Positions 19,190 to 29,467 of a DNA stretch of 64,000 bases are shown piece by piece. Location: assembly GCA_021774445.1 (NCBI GenBank), contig JAJFJA010000074.1, positions 23,387-87,386 of the forward strand. Direction: 5' to 3'. Source of the DNA: Alphaproteobacteria bacterium (GTDB lineage Bacteria; Pseudomonadota; Alphaproteobacteria; UBA6615). A program made the position numbers and the translations under genes. Within the stretch, counting starts at the first letter, position 1. Every line of letters starts with the position of its first letter. Below the pieces are notes generated by a model. The model made no database searches and was not told where the DNA came from. It worked only from the letters and a program-made list of their open reading frames with translations.

Positions 19190-20719
19190 TCAGTCCTCCA
19201 GGCCAAGCTGCTTGGCGAGGCCGATACGCTGGAGCTTGCCGGTGGGACCCTTGGGGATTTCGTCAAGGAAGACGATCTTGCGCGGCACCTTGAAATCGGC
19301 GAGGCGGCGGCCGGCGAATTCGCGTATTTCGGTCTCCATACCGGTCTGACCTTCGGCGAGGACGATGGCGGCGGCAACCTCCTCACCGAGTTTGGGGTGG
19401 GCAAGGGCGAAGGTGACGGCCTGAGCAACCGCGGGATGGTCGAGCAGCACTTCATCGACCTCGCGCGGGCTGATCTTCTCGCCGCCGCGGTTGATGATCT
19501 CCTTGAGGCGTCCGGTGATGGTGAGGTAGCCCTCGGCGTCAATGACGCCCTGGTCGCCAGTGCGGAACCAGCCGTCGGTAAAACCCTCGGCATTGGCCTT
19601 TGGATTGGCCTCGTAGCCGGCGGTAACATTGGGGCCGCGAATGACGATTTCGCCGGTTTCACCGCTCGCCAATAGCCGGCCGTCGGTGGTCATGACCGCC
19701 ACTTCTGGCCCGGCGGCGATGCCGACGGTGCCCGGCTTGCGGGTCGCAGGGGGCAGCGGATTACTTGCCATCTGATGGGCCGCCTCGGTCATGCCGTAGG
19801 ACTCGATGACCGGACAGGCAAAGGTCTCTTCCAGGGCGGCCATGACTTGTGGCGGCAATGAGGAAGACGAGGAGCGGATGAAGCGCAGGCCGGCCGCGGC
19901 GACCGTGCCTTGATTACGGCCGGCACGGGAGAGGATGGCTTGATGCATGGTCGGGACCGCCGTGTACCAAGTCGGCCGTGCCTCCTCGAGCCAGGCGAAG
20001 AAGCGCAAGGCATTGAAGCCCGGGGTACAGAAAACCGAGGCGCCGGCGGCCAAGCTGGCGGACACAGCGGCGAGGAGCCCGTGGATATGGAACAGCGGCA
20101 TGACATTCAAACAACGGTCGGCCGGGACCAGTTGCAGCGTGGCGGCGATATGCGCCGCCGAGGCGCAGATGTTGCGCTGGGTCAAGGGGACGATCTTGGG
20201 ACGCGAGGTGGTGCCGGAGGTATGCAGAACAAGGGCGATGTCGTCGGGCTGTGCCGGCCCGGGGTGGCGGCAGGTGGGCGGTTCGCCGGTGGTCAAGGGT
20301 GCGATGGTGAAGGTGCCGGCCGGTCCGTCCGCGGCCGCGATCAGTTGATAGGTGGCGATGCCAAGCTGCGTCGCCACGGCAACCGCCGGCGACTGGCTGC
20401 CGGCCTCGACGAGCAAAGCCTTGGCGCCGAGGTCTTCAAGGTAGAAACGAAATTCATCGGCCCGGTAAGCCGGATTGAGGGGCGCCGTCGTGGCGCCGGC
20501 CGCGATGGCGATGAAGGCAGCGGCCATTTCGGGGCCGTTGGGCAGGACAATAGCGACGCGGTCGCCACGGCCGATGCCGAGGGCGTTGAGGTGAGCTGTC
20601 GTCGTTTGCGCCAGGGTGCGGATGTCGTCGTAAGTAGTGGCGGGCCGGTTTGGAGCGGCGATGGCTGCCGCGCGTGCAGCGCCCTTGCCGAGGAGATCGG
20701 CTACTGTCGTCGTTGGCAT
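19190..20719 (-). CDS. AMP-dependent acyl-CoA ligase, probable oxalate-CoA ligase (AAE3/Pcs60/Oxs-like)
   Basis: APLNPAY, LHTSGTTSRPKIVPL, MPLFHIHGL, WYTAVPTMHQ, FIRSSSS, YGMTEAAHQMASNPLPP and KELINRGGEK-like motif. Confidence 0.88.
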   Translation of the reverse strand: MPTTTVADLLGKGAARAAAIAAPNRPATTYDDIRTLAQTTTAHLNALGIGRGDRVAIVLPNGPEMAAAFIAIAAGATTAPLNPAYRADEFRFYLEDLGAKALLVEAGSQSPAVAVATQLGIATYQLIAAADGPAGTFTIAPLTTGEPPTCRHPGPAQPDDIALVLHTSGTTSRPKIVPLTQRNICASAAHIAATLQLVPADRCLNVMPLFHIHGLLAAVSASLAAGASVFCTPGFNALRFFAWLEEARPTWYTAVPTMHQAILSRAGRNQGTVAAAGLRFIRSSSSSLPPQVMAALEETFACPVIESYGMTEAAHQMASNPLPPATRKPGTVGIAAGPEVAVMTTDGRLLASGETGEIVIRGPNVTAGYEANPKANAEGFTDGWFRTGDQGVIDAEGYLTITGRLKEIINRGGEKISPREVDEVLLDHPAVAQAVTFALAHPKLGEEVAAAIVLAEGQTGMETEIREFAGRRLADFKVPRKIVFLDEIPKGPTGKLQRIGLAKQLGLED

Positions 20720-20839
20720 TGAACTGGCTTTGCTGCTGGGCCTTACGAGCCCGAACGATAGCAGGCGGCCGGGGGCCTTTGCATATAGAATCTTAGCCCA
20801 GGCGCGGAAGGCCGATGGGGCGCCGGCCGTCCGGTGGCG

Positions 20840-21214
20840 TCAGACCTCGAAATCGAGCAGCGTTTGGTCGGCGATTGGAGCCGCTAGCCTAACCAGGGTG
20901 CGCGGACGTGACATGATCTGGTGAGCCGGGGCGAGGGAGGGGTAGGCCGCGACAGCCTGACGGTGCGGCAGCGTGGCTGCCTGCCATTCCTGGGCGACTA
21001 GCTGCGCGAACAGGAGCTGGCCCGGCGCAACGCGACCGCCGGCGTGGAGGGGGGCGGCCGTTGCCGCGGGCGATTGGCGCGGCTGGTCGGCGGCGATGGT
21101 CGGATCGCCAGGATGGCTCGGAACGGCCGGTCGCGCCTGCTCATTTCGCCGACCATTGATCGTCGTCACGGCGACGATATTGGCGAATGCTGATGAAGCC
21201 GGACCGGTACGCAC
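20840..21214 (-). CDS. Hypothetical protein
   Basis: Only sizeable ORF in the gap; FAQLVAQE...AVAAY pattern. Start uncertain. Confidence 0.4.
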   Translation of the reverse strand: MRTGPASSAFANIVAVTTINGRRNEQARPAVPSHPGDPTIAADQPRQSPAATAAPLHAGGRVAPGQLLFAQLVAQEWQAATLPHRQAVAAYPSLAPAHQIMSRPRTLVRLAAPIADQTLLDFEV

Positions 21215-21333
21215 GTTATCTCCAAAGATTAATTTAGGGCCCTCGAGGGAGGACTTCAGGGGGCATAGTAGGTTGGTGCTTTTGGCGTCATCAATATAGC
21301 GTTAGGCATAGTCAATAATCATTCGCCGTCGTT

Positions 21334-21349
21334 TTTAACTTTCATTAAC
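21334..21349. promoter_or_regulatory. CtrA-like site in an AT-rich divergent promoter
   Basis: TTTA-N7-TTAAC (one mismatch to TTAA-N7-TTAAC); further TTAA words lie in the same intergenic region. Confidence 0.4.
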
Positions 21350-21510
21350 CAACCTGGCTTCTATTTTTGCCATTGTTTTCGACACCTGTGGCGCGATTGT
21401 GTCGGCATTACGATTTGTTAAGACCTGAGGCGCTAGCGTCCGTCTTCCGCTCCGTAGTCCGCAGAAGGCGGCCGGGTCCCCAGAATTAACCTCACAGGTA
21501 GGAGGTTACG

Positions 21511-23190
21511 GTGTCGGAAGTACTGCCGCTTATCGCGGATGACACCTCGTTTCCGGATCTTATCAGCGTGCTCGTCGCGTCCGGTGACCTATTCTACGAC
21601 TGGGATTTGGTCGAGGATAAGATCACTTGGTCGGGGAACACCGCCGCGGTGCTTGGATTGCAGGACGGTGCCGCCTTCCGCGCCGGCGCGGCGTTTCTCA
21701 AGCGCGTCCATGCAGAGGATTTGCCGCATCGTATGATCGCGATTTCGCGGCATGTCGAGCATGGCAGCGCGATCGATTGCGAGTACCGCGTCCGCGGCGA
21801 CAATGACGGCTTTTTGTGGGTGCAGGAACGGGCGATCGCGCGATTTGGACCGAGTGGCCGCGCTATTCAGCTGACCGGCATTATTCGTAATATCGCGGAC
21901 CGTAAGGAAAGCGAAAGGCGACTGGCGTTCCTCGGTACTCATGATGCCTTGACCGGCCAGTTCAACCGCCTGCGTCTGCGCGAGGCGCTGGAGCAGGCCA
22001 TCGAAAAAAACCTGCGTGAGGGCCATCAGGGCGGGTTCTTGTTGGTTGGCATCGACAAGCTGGCGTTGCTTGGCGAGGTCTATGGCGAAGAAGTCGTCGA
22101 AGGGCTGCTCGTTGCGGCGTCGAAGCGGCTGGAGGGTTGCTTGCGTGGCGGCGACGTGGTCGGCCGGGTGGGCTTCGATCGGTTTGCCATCGTCTTGCAA
22201 CGCTGCTCGGATGGTCAGCTGTATCAGGTTGCCGGCCGTATGCTGGCGGTAATCCGCGAAGCGGCGGTCGCGACGGCGGCGGGGCCGCTGCATATGACGG
22301 CCTCGGCCGGTGCGACATTCTTTCCAACCGCGGCGGCGACGGCGCGCGAAGTCGTGAGCCAGGCCGATAGTGCCCTGCGCAATGCGCATAAGTTGGGCTG
22401 CGACTGTTTTTCGGACTATGCCGACGTGCCCGCGAATAGGTTAGCGCGGCGCTGCGATCTTGATACTGCCGAACAAGTACAGTGCGCGTTGCGCGACAAT
22501 CGGTTCGTCTTGGCCTATCAGCCGGTGGTCGATGCCGAAACCGGCGAACCGGTCTTCTATGAGGGCCTGGCGCGGATGGTCGCGGATGACGGTAAGCTGA
22601 TCGCCGCCGCCGCCTTTGTGCCGATTGTCGAAGAGATGGGGTTGATGCGGCTTATCGACCGGCGGGTGCTGGATCTCGGTCTGAACATGCTGGGATCGCA
22701 ACCGCGCTTGAACCTGTCGATCAATGTCTCAGGCCTGACGATTATCGATCCGATCTGGCTGCGGCTGCTCGAAGAGCGGTTGCGCGGTCGTCCGGAAGTG
22801 GCGCGACGGCTGACCCTGGAGATCACCGAGACCGTCGCCTTGGACGATATCGGCGAAGCCTCGCGCTTCGTCAGCAGCCTGGGTGAACTCGGCTGTCAGG
22901 TCGCCTTGGATGATTTCGGTGCGGGCTTTACGTCGTTCCGGCATCTGCGGTCGCTGCGGGTGGACATGGTCAAGATAGACGGGTCCTTCGTGCGCGATCT
23001 GACGACCAACCCGGACAACCTGATCTTCGTCAAGACACTCCTCGGTTTGGCCAACGGGATCGAACTGGCGACGGTCGCGGAGTGCGTGGAGACCGAGGAG
23101 CAGGCAAGACTACTGCGCGCCGAGGGGGTGCGCTACTTGCAGGGTTACTATTTCGGCCGGCCGACCATCGAGCCGAACTGGCCAGGGTAG
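21511..23190 (+). CDS. PAS-GGDEF(degenerate)-EAL c-di-GMP phosphodiesterase
   Basis: SD aggagg. PAS_3 (RVHAED, CEYRV), HDALTG..NR, GGDEF replaced by GFDRF, and EAL domain with AYQPVV, EGLARM, EITET, DDFGAGFTS, KIDGSFV and QGY. Confidence 0.92.
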   Translation: MSEVLPLIADDTSFPDLISVLVASGDLFYDWDLVEDKITWSGNTAAVLGLQDGAAFRAGAAFLKRVHAEDLPHRMIAISRHVEHGSAIDCEYRVRGDNDGFLWVQERAIARFGPSGRAIQLTGIIRNIADRKESERRLAFLGTHDALTGQFNRLRLREALEQAIEKNLREGHQGGFLLVGIDKLALLGEVYGEEVVEGLLVAASKRLEGCLRGGDVVGRVGFDRFAIVLQRCSDGQLYQVAGRMLAVIREAAVATAAGPLHMTASAGATFFPTAAATAREVVSQADSALRNAHKLGCDCFSDYADVPANRLARRCDLDTAEQVQCALRDNRFVLAYQPVVDAETGEPVFYEGLARMVADDGKLIAAAAFVPIVEEMGLMRLIDRRVLDLGLNMLGSQPRLNLSINVSGLTIIDPIWLRLLEERLRGRPEVARRLTLEITETVALDDIGEASRFVSSLGELGCQVALDDFGAGFTSFRHLRSLRVDMVKIDGSFVRDLTTNPDNLIFVKTLLGLANGIELATVAECVETEEQARLLRAEGVRYLQGYYFGRPTIEPNWPG

Positions 23191-23217
23191 GCGAGAGAGT
23201 AGGCGCCGTTTTCTGGC

Positions 23218-23865
23218 CTAGTCCTCGTCCTTGTTCCGAGAAATGTCGTTGACCTGCTGCTGCAAGGCCTCAAGCTGGCGCCGCAGTGCGTCGTAATCGC
23301 CGCGATTGGCCTTGGTGTCGGCGGTGTCGGCGCTGTCGTCGGCGGTGTTCTCGGTGCTGGGGTCATCCGGGGTGTCGGAAGATTGCTGGTTGAACGGTGC
23401 GGTCCACATTTGCATGGTGCGCTCGAACATCGCCATATTCTGCTTGCCGATTTCATCCCAGCGGCCGAGGGTGAATATGTCGCCCATGGTGCCGCTGAAA
23501 TGGTGCCGCATGGCCTCCTGATTCTTGGTGAAGGCCTGCATGCTGTGATCAAGGTAGCTCGGTACGAGACCCTGTAGGCTGTCACCGTAAAAGCCGATGA
23601 GCTGGCGGAGAAAATTGATGGGGAGCAGGTTCGGGCCCTTGCTCTCCTCCTCAAAAATGATCTGAGTGAGCACCGAGCGCGTGATGTCCTCGCCGCTGCG
23701 CGCATCGACGACGACAAAATCAACACCGTCCTTCACCATTTGGGCAAGGTTCTCAAGGGTGACATAACTGCTGGTCGCGGTGTTGTAGAGCCGCCGGTTG
23801 GCGTATTTCTTGATCGTTACCGGGGGTGTTTGTTCGACTTCAGCCATCTGGTTCGCATCCGCCAT
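23218..23865 (-). CDS. phaR: Polyhydroxyalkanoate synthesis repressor PhaR
   Basis: IKKYANRRLYNTATSSYVTL, GEDITRSVLTQII and LLPINFLRQLI. Confidence 0.96.
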   Translation of the reverse strand: MADANQMAEVEQTPPVTIKKYANRRLYNTATSSYVTLENLAQMVKDGVDFVVVDARSGEDITRSVLTQIIFEEESKGPNLLPINFLRQLIGFYGDSLQGLVPSYLDHSMQAFTKNQEAMRHHFSGTMGDIFTLGRWDEIGKQNMAMFERTMQMWTAPFNQQSSDTPDDPSTENTADDSADTADTKANRGDYDALRRQLEALQQQVNDISRNKDED

Positions 23866-23904
23866 AGGGGCATGTGGTCAGGAATATAGCAGTTTCCTCC
23901 AATT

Positions 23905-23919
23905 TTGTTGCAATGCAAC
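23905..23919. promoter_or_regulatory. PhaR-box-like site in the phaR divergent promoter
   Basis: ttgttgcaatgcaac containing TGC-N3-GCA. Confidence 0.55.
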
Positions 23920-23964
23920 TAACGTGGATAGGCAGTGGCCGGCGCAGGCGTTATAATCGGCGCC

Positions 23965-24351
23965 ATGGCCGAGCCGCCGCCCATGGACGAATTGGCCCGC
24001 CGGTATATGGACCTGTGGGAAGAACAACTGGCCGCCGTCGCGGGCGATCAGGCGTTGGCGGAGCAAATTGGCCGGCTGTTCCAAACGATGGCTCAGTCGG
24101 GCCCGGCGGCGCTGTTCGGCGCGAGCGGCATGGCGACAAACGAGGGCCCGAATGACGGCAGCGGAAAGCCAGAAGACGGGTCGGCTGGGGCCGCGGCCGT
24201 TGGTACTGCATCTGACGGTGGCCATGGCGACGTGGATGAGTTCGCGCGGCGGATTGCCACTGTGGAGGAACGGGTCGCTGCCTTGGAGCGGGCCGCTGGC
24301 GGAAAAGGCCGCCGAACTGCGCCGCGAAATCGAGCAAAGCGCCCCGGCTGA
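23965..24351 (+). CDS. Small conserved protein with C-terminal coiled coil (possible PhaE-like subunit)
   Basis: N-terminal LARRYMDLWEEQLAA helix, a linker, and C-terminal DVDEFARRIATVEERVAALE heptad; overlaps the downstream synthase-like gene. Confidence 0.7.
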   Translation: MAEPPPMDELARRYMDLWEEQLAAVAGDQALAEQIGRLFQTMAQSGPAALFGASGMATNEGPNDGSGKPEDGSAGAAAVGTASDGGHGDVDEFARRIATVEERVAALERAAGGKGRRTAPRNRAKRPG

Positions 24352-25402
24352 CACGGCGTGGGACGCCCTTGGCGTCGCGCTGGAGCGCGAGAGTCGGCAT
24401 CGCCTGGCGGCGCTGCATGACGGGTTGACTATCTACCGCCAGCATTCCTACCGGCGGGACCTTGCCGCGCCACCGGTCATCTGGACGGCCGGAACGACGC
24501 GACTGCTTGACTTTGGCGCCGTCGGCGACAGGGCGCGGGGCGCGGTGCTGGTCGTGCCATCATTGATCAATCGCAGTACCGTCCTGGATCTTTGCGAAGG
24601 GCAGAGCCTGTTGCGCTGGTTGGCTGGGCGCGGTGTCAGGCCTTTGTTGGTGGATTGGGACGCGCCGGGAATCGGCGAGCGTCGGTTCGGGCTGACGGAC
24701 TACGTTGCCAGGTTGGAAGCGGCGTTGGCGGTCGCCAATAATCTGGCTGGCGGGCCGGTACCGGTGGTCGGCTATTGCATGGGCGGACTGCTGGCGCTGG
24801 CCCTGGCGGCGCGGCGGCCGGACGATGTCGCCCGCTTGGCGCTGCTGGCGACGCCCTGGGATTTTCATGCGGACGACGCGGCGCGACGGCAAGCGGGCGC
24901 GGTGGCGACGGCACTGGCTGCCTGGACCCCGGTTATCACCGCCTTGGGTGAGTTGCCGGTAGATCTTATCCAAGTCCTGTTCTCGTTGCTCGACCCGATG
25001 CAGGTGCCGCGTAAGTTCATGCGGTTGAGCAAGCTCGATCCGGGCAGCGCCAAGGCGGTGACATTCGTGGCGTTGGAGGATTGGCTGAATGACGGCGTCG
25101 CCCTCGCCGGTCCGGTGGCCCACGAATGCATGGGCGGCTGGTACGGCGGCAACGTCACTGGCCGAGGACTGTGGGAGATTGACGGTGGGCGGATCGACCC
25201 GGCAGCGATCGATCAGCCGACATTGGCACTGATACCAAGCGGCGATCGCATCGTGCCACCGCCAACCGCGGCGGCCCTGGCGGCAAAGTTGCCGCGTGGG
25301 GAAGCGGTGTCCGTGCCGCTGGGGCATATCGGCATGGTGGTGAGCGCGCGCGCCGAACGTTTGGTGTGGCCGCAGTTGGCGCACTGGCTTGGCGGCGGAT
25401 GA
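24152..25402 (+). CDS. PhaC-like alpha/beta hydrolase (class III PHA synthase-like)
   Basis: VPSLINR, LVDW, PhaC box GYCMGG, LATPWDF, EDWLND, DRIVPP (Asp) and GHIG (His); GAGG SD before the ATG at 24152. Confidence 0.82.
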   Translation: MTAAESQKTGRLGPRPLVLHLTVAMATWMSSRGGLPLWRNGSLPWSGPLAEKAAELRREIEQSAPADTAWDALGVALERESRHRLAALHDGLTIYRQHSYRRDLAAPPVIWTAGTTRLLDFGAVGDRARGAVLVVPSLINRSTVLDLCEGQSLLRWLAGRGVRPLLVDWDAPGIGERRFGLTDYVARLEAALAVANNLAGGPVPVVGYCMGGLLALALAARRPDDVARLALLATPWDFHADDAARRQAGAVATALAAWTPVITALGELPVDLIQVLFSLLDPMQVPRKFMRLSKLDPGSAKAVTFVALEDWLNDGVALAGPVAHECMGGWYGGNVTGRGLWEIDGGRIDPAAIDQPTLALIPSGDRIVPPPTAAALAAKLPRGEAVSVPLGHIGMVVSARAERLVWPQLAHWLGGG

Positions 25403-25432
25403 TCGCTGGACCTCTAGGTGGCGCCGCCCATA

Positions 25433-25450
25433 TTGTGCAGTGCACTGCAG
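25433..25450. promoter_or_regulatory. PhaR box upstream of phaA
   Basis: ttgtgcagtgcactgcag; the minus strand TGCACTGCACAA fits the TGCRNYGCASMA-type PhaR consensus. Confidence 0.65.
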
Positions 25451-25509
25451 GATTCAACGGCGCGAGACGGCAGCGGTCGCGCGGACCATAGCAAGTCACG
25501 GAGGGTAGG

Positions 25510-26685
<1,176 letters not shown>

Positions 26686-26802
26686 GCAGCTCGATCAAAC
26701 ACCGGCTGGGGAAACTAGCCATTGTAGTGACTGTCCTAATCCGTTGAAATTGCCGGTGATGCTCCGTACCACGGAGACGGAGCCGGCAATCGGGAGGATG
26801 GC

Positions 26803-27525
26803 ATGTCAAAGGTCGCAGTGGTTACGGGTGGCACACGCGGGATCGGGGAGGCGATCTGCGTCGGCCTGAAGGCCGCCGGCTATCAGGTGGCCGCCAATTA
26901 CGCGGGCAACGACGAAAAAGCCCAGGCATTTACCGAGCGCAGCGGGATCCCTGTATACAAGTTCGATGTGTCCAATCTCGCGGCCTGCCAACAAGGGATT
27001 GCACAGATCGGGCAGGATCTCGGCCCGGTGGCGATCGCCGTGAACAATGCCGGCATCACGCGAGACGGCACGATACACCGCATGGACCAGGAGGATTGGC
27101 AGTCGGTGATCGATACCAATCTGGGCGGTTGTTTCAATATTTGCCGCTGCGTCATCGCCGGGATGCGGGAACGCAGCTTCGGTCGGATCGTCAATATCGG
27201 TTCGATCAACGGACAAGCGGGACAGTATGGCCAGGTCAACTATGCCGCGGCGAAGTCCGGCATCCATGGCTTCACCAAAGCCCTGGCCCAGGAAGGTGCC
27301 GGCAAAGGGATCACCGTCAACGCGATCGCGCCGGGCTATGTGGATACCGATATGGTGCGGGCGGTGCCGGATAACATCCTGGAGAAGATCATCGCCCAGA
27401 TACCGGTGGGTCGGCTCGGTAGAGCCGAGGATATCGCCCGCGGCGTGTTGTTCCTGGTCGCCGACGATGCCGACTTCATTACCGGATCGACGCTGTCGAT
27501 CAATGGCGGTCAGCACATGTATTGA
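26803..27525 (+). CDS. phaB: Acetoacetyl-CoA reductase
   Basis: TGGTRGIG, NNAGITRD, GQYGQVNYAAAK and NGGQHMY; follows phaA. Confidence 0.96.
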   Translation: MSKVAVVTGGTRGIGEAICVGLKAAGYQVAANYAGNDEKAQAFTERSGIPVYKFDVSNLAACQQGIAQIGQDLGPVAIAVNNAGITRDGTIHRMDQEDWQSVIDTNLGGCFNICRCVIAGMRERSFGRIVNIGSINGQAGQYGQVNYAAAKSGIHGFTKALAQEGAGKGITVNAIAPGYVDTDMVRAVPDNILEKIIAQIPVGRLGRAEDIARGVLFLVADDADFITGSTLSINGGQHMY

Positions 27526-27547
27526 GCCCGCACGGCCGGCGAACGAG

Positions 27548-27985
27548 ATGGTGCGGGACTATCCCGACAGGCCGATCGTAGGGATTGGCGTCGTGGTTTT
27601 GAAAGGCGACGACGTGCTGTTGATCCGACGCGGCAAGGCGCCGCGTGCCGGGCAGTGGAGCCTGCCCGGCGGGGCGCAGAAGCTGGGCGAGACCGTGTTC
27701 GAGGCGGCGCGGCGCGAGGTGCTCGAGGAGTGCGGTGTGACCATCGCGGCGGCGACGCTGCTGGACGTGGTGGATTCGATCGATCGCGACGATGACGGCC
27801 GAGTACGCTTCCACTACACCCTGATCGATTTCGGCGCCGACTGGCGCGGCGGCGATCCGGTGGCCGGGAGCGACGCCGCCGCCGCCCAATGGGTGTCCTT
27901 GGCGGCGCTAGACGATCTCAAGCTTTGGGCCGAAACGGTCCGGATCGTCGGGTTGGCGGTGGCGCGCCGTTCGGCGACCGGTTGA
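27548..27985 (+). CDS. NUDIX hydrolase
   Basis: Nudix box GGAQKLGETVFEAARREVLEECG; YPDRPIVG N-terminus. Confidence 0.92.
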   Translation: MVRDYPDRPIVGIGVVVLKGDDVLLIRRGKAPRAGQWSLPGGAQKLGETVFEAARREVLEECGVTIAAATLLDVVDSIDRDDDGRVRFHYTLIDFGADWRGGDPVAGSDAAAAQWVSLAALDDLKLWAETVRIVGLAVARRSATG

Positions 27986-28039
27986 CGCCGGCGACGGGCG
28001 TTAACCGTGCGGCACGGACGATGTGCTAGGCTCTGAGCC

Positions 28040-28801
28040 ATGTGGCCGGATGTCGTCGACCTGCACAACTTCTACGGCTCCAGCTTGGGGCATGTGGCGC
28101 AACGCTCAATTCGCCGCAAAGTGCGCGAGTTATGGCCGAATCTCAGCGGCCTCAATGTGCTTGGCCTGGGTTATGCGGCGCCCTATCTGCGGCCGTTCCG
28201 GGAAGAGGCGCAGCGGGTCATACAAATAATGCCGGCGCGCATGGGGGTGATGGTCTGGCCAACCGACGGCCCGAACCTGGCCTGCATCGCCCATGAAACC
28301 GAGTTGCCGCTGCCGGACCTGTCCATGGACAGGATCTTGATGGTCCATGGCTTGGAATGCTCGCACCATATGCATGAGTTCCTGCGGGAAGTCTGGCGCG
28401 TGCTGGCGGATGGCGGCCGCGTGATGGCGGTGGTGCCGAACCGGCGCGGCATCTGGGCGCGCATGGACCACACACCGTTCGGCCATGGCCAGCCCTATTC
28501 CACCGAGCAGATCCATCGGATCCTGCGCGACGCGATGTTCGCGCCCATTCGCACGACCAGAGCGCTCTATGTGCCGCCCAGCCGCCGGCGCTTCGTGCTC
28601 ACATCGGCGCCGGCATGGGAAAAAATCGGCGGCCGCTGGGCGCAGCCCCTGGGCGGCGTGGTGATGGTCGAAGCGGCGAAGCAGATCTATGCCGGCACGC
28701 AAGTGCCGGCGCGGGCGGCGCGACGGGTGAAATTGCCGGCGCGGGCGGCGTTGGGCGGTGCCAATACTCGCCCGCTTCAAGCGATACCGGAGACCGAGTA
28801 A
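28040..28801 (+). CDS. Methyltransferase type 11 (YafS-like)
   Basis: DVVDLHNFY.S.LG, GLGYAAPYL, LREVWRVL and PNRRGIWAR..TPFGHGQPYS. Confidence 0.88.
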   Translation: MWPDVVDLHNFYGSSLGHVAQRSIRRKVRELWPNLSGLNVLGLGYAAPYLRPFREEAQRVIQIMPARMGVMVWPTDGPNLACIAHETELPLPDLSMDRILMVHGLECSHHMHEFLREVWRVLADGGRVMAVVPNRRGIWARMDHTPFGHGQPYSTEQIHRILRDAMFAPIRTTRALYVPPSRRRFVLTSAPAWEKIGGRWAQPLGGVVMVEAAKQIYAGTQVPARAARRVKLPARAALGGANTRPLQAIPETE

Positions 28802-28831
28802 GGGCGCTGCAAACCGGCAGGCGATCAGGGT

Positions 28832-29467
28832 TCAGGCATCACGGCTGAGCTGGAAGATGGCTTGTTGAGCGAGCCAGTTGTTGACCCAACTATCGCTGCG
28901 AAAACGCCGCGACCGACCGGCGGCGTCGATGGCGATGGAGCGTTCGACCGTGATGTCCAACTCGTCGCACAAGGCAAGAAAGTCGACAATGGTGCAGATG
29001 CGAATGTTGGGCGTCTCATACCATTCGTAGGGCAACGCCTTGGAACGGGGCGTGCGGCCGCTCCACATCAAATGCCAACGAAGCGGCCAATGGCCGAAGT
29101 TGGGAAAGCTGACGATGGCGCGGCGGCCGATGCGCAGCATGTCGGACAGCACGCCTTTGGTATCGTGAATCGTCTGGAGCGTCTGGGATAGGATGACGTA
29201 GTCGAAGGAGTCGCCCGGATAATCGCTGAGATCGGTTTCGGCATCACCTTGGATGACCGACAGGCCGTGGCTCACGCAGTTGGCGACACCGTGGGGGCTG
29301 AGTTCGATGCCGCGGCCGTCGACGCCCTTGAAATGCACCAGATAGTCGAGCAGGGCGCCGTCGCCGGCGCCGATATCGAGGACGCGGCTGTTAGGCTCGA
29401 TAAAATCGGCGACGAGTTGGAGATCGACGCGGATCTGCGCGCGGGCTTGTTGCTCGCTCAGGATCAT
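28832..29467 (-). CDS. metW: Methionine biosynthesis protein MetW
   Basis: [38 protein letters not shown] and WYETPNI; coupled to metX. Confidence 0.95.
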   Translation of the reverse strand: MILSEQQARAQIRVDLQLVADFIEPNSRVLDIGAGDGALLDYLVHFKGVDGRGIELSPHGVANCVSHGLSVIQGDAETDLSDYPGDSFDYVILSQTLQTIHDTKGVLSDMLRIGRRAIVSFPNFGHWPLRWHLMWSGRTPRSKALPYEWYETPNIRICTIVDFLALCDELDITVERSIAIDAAGRSRRFRSDSWVNNWLAQQAIFQLSRDA

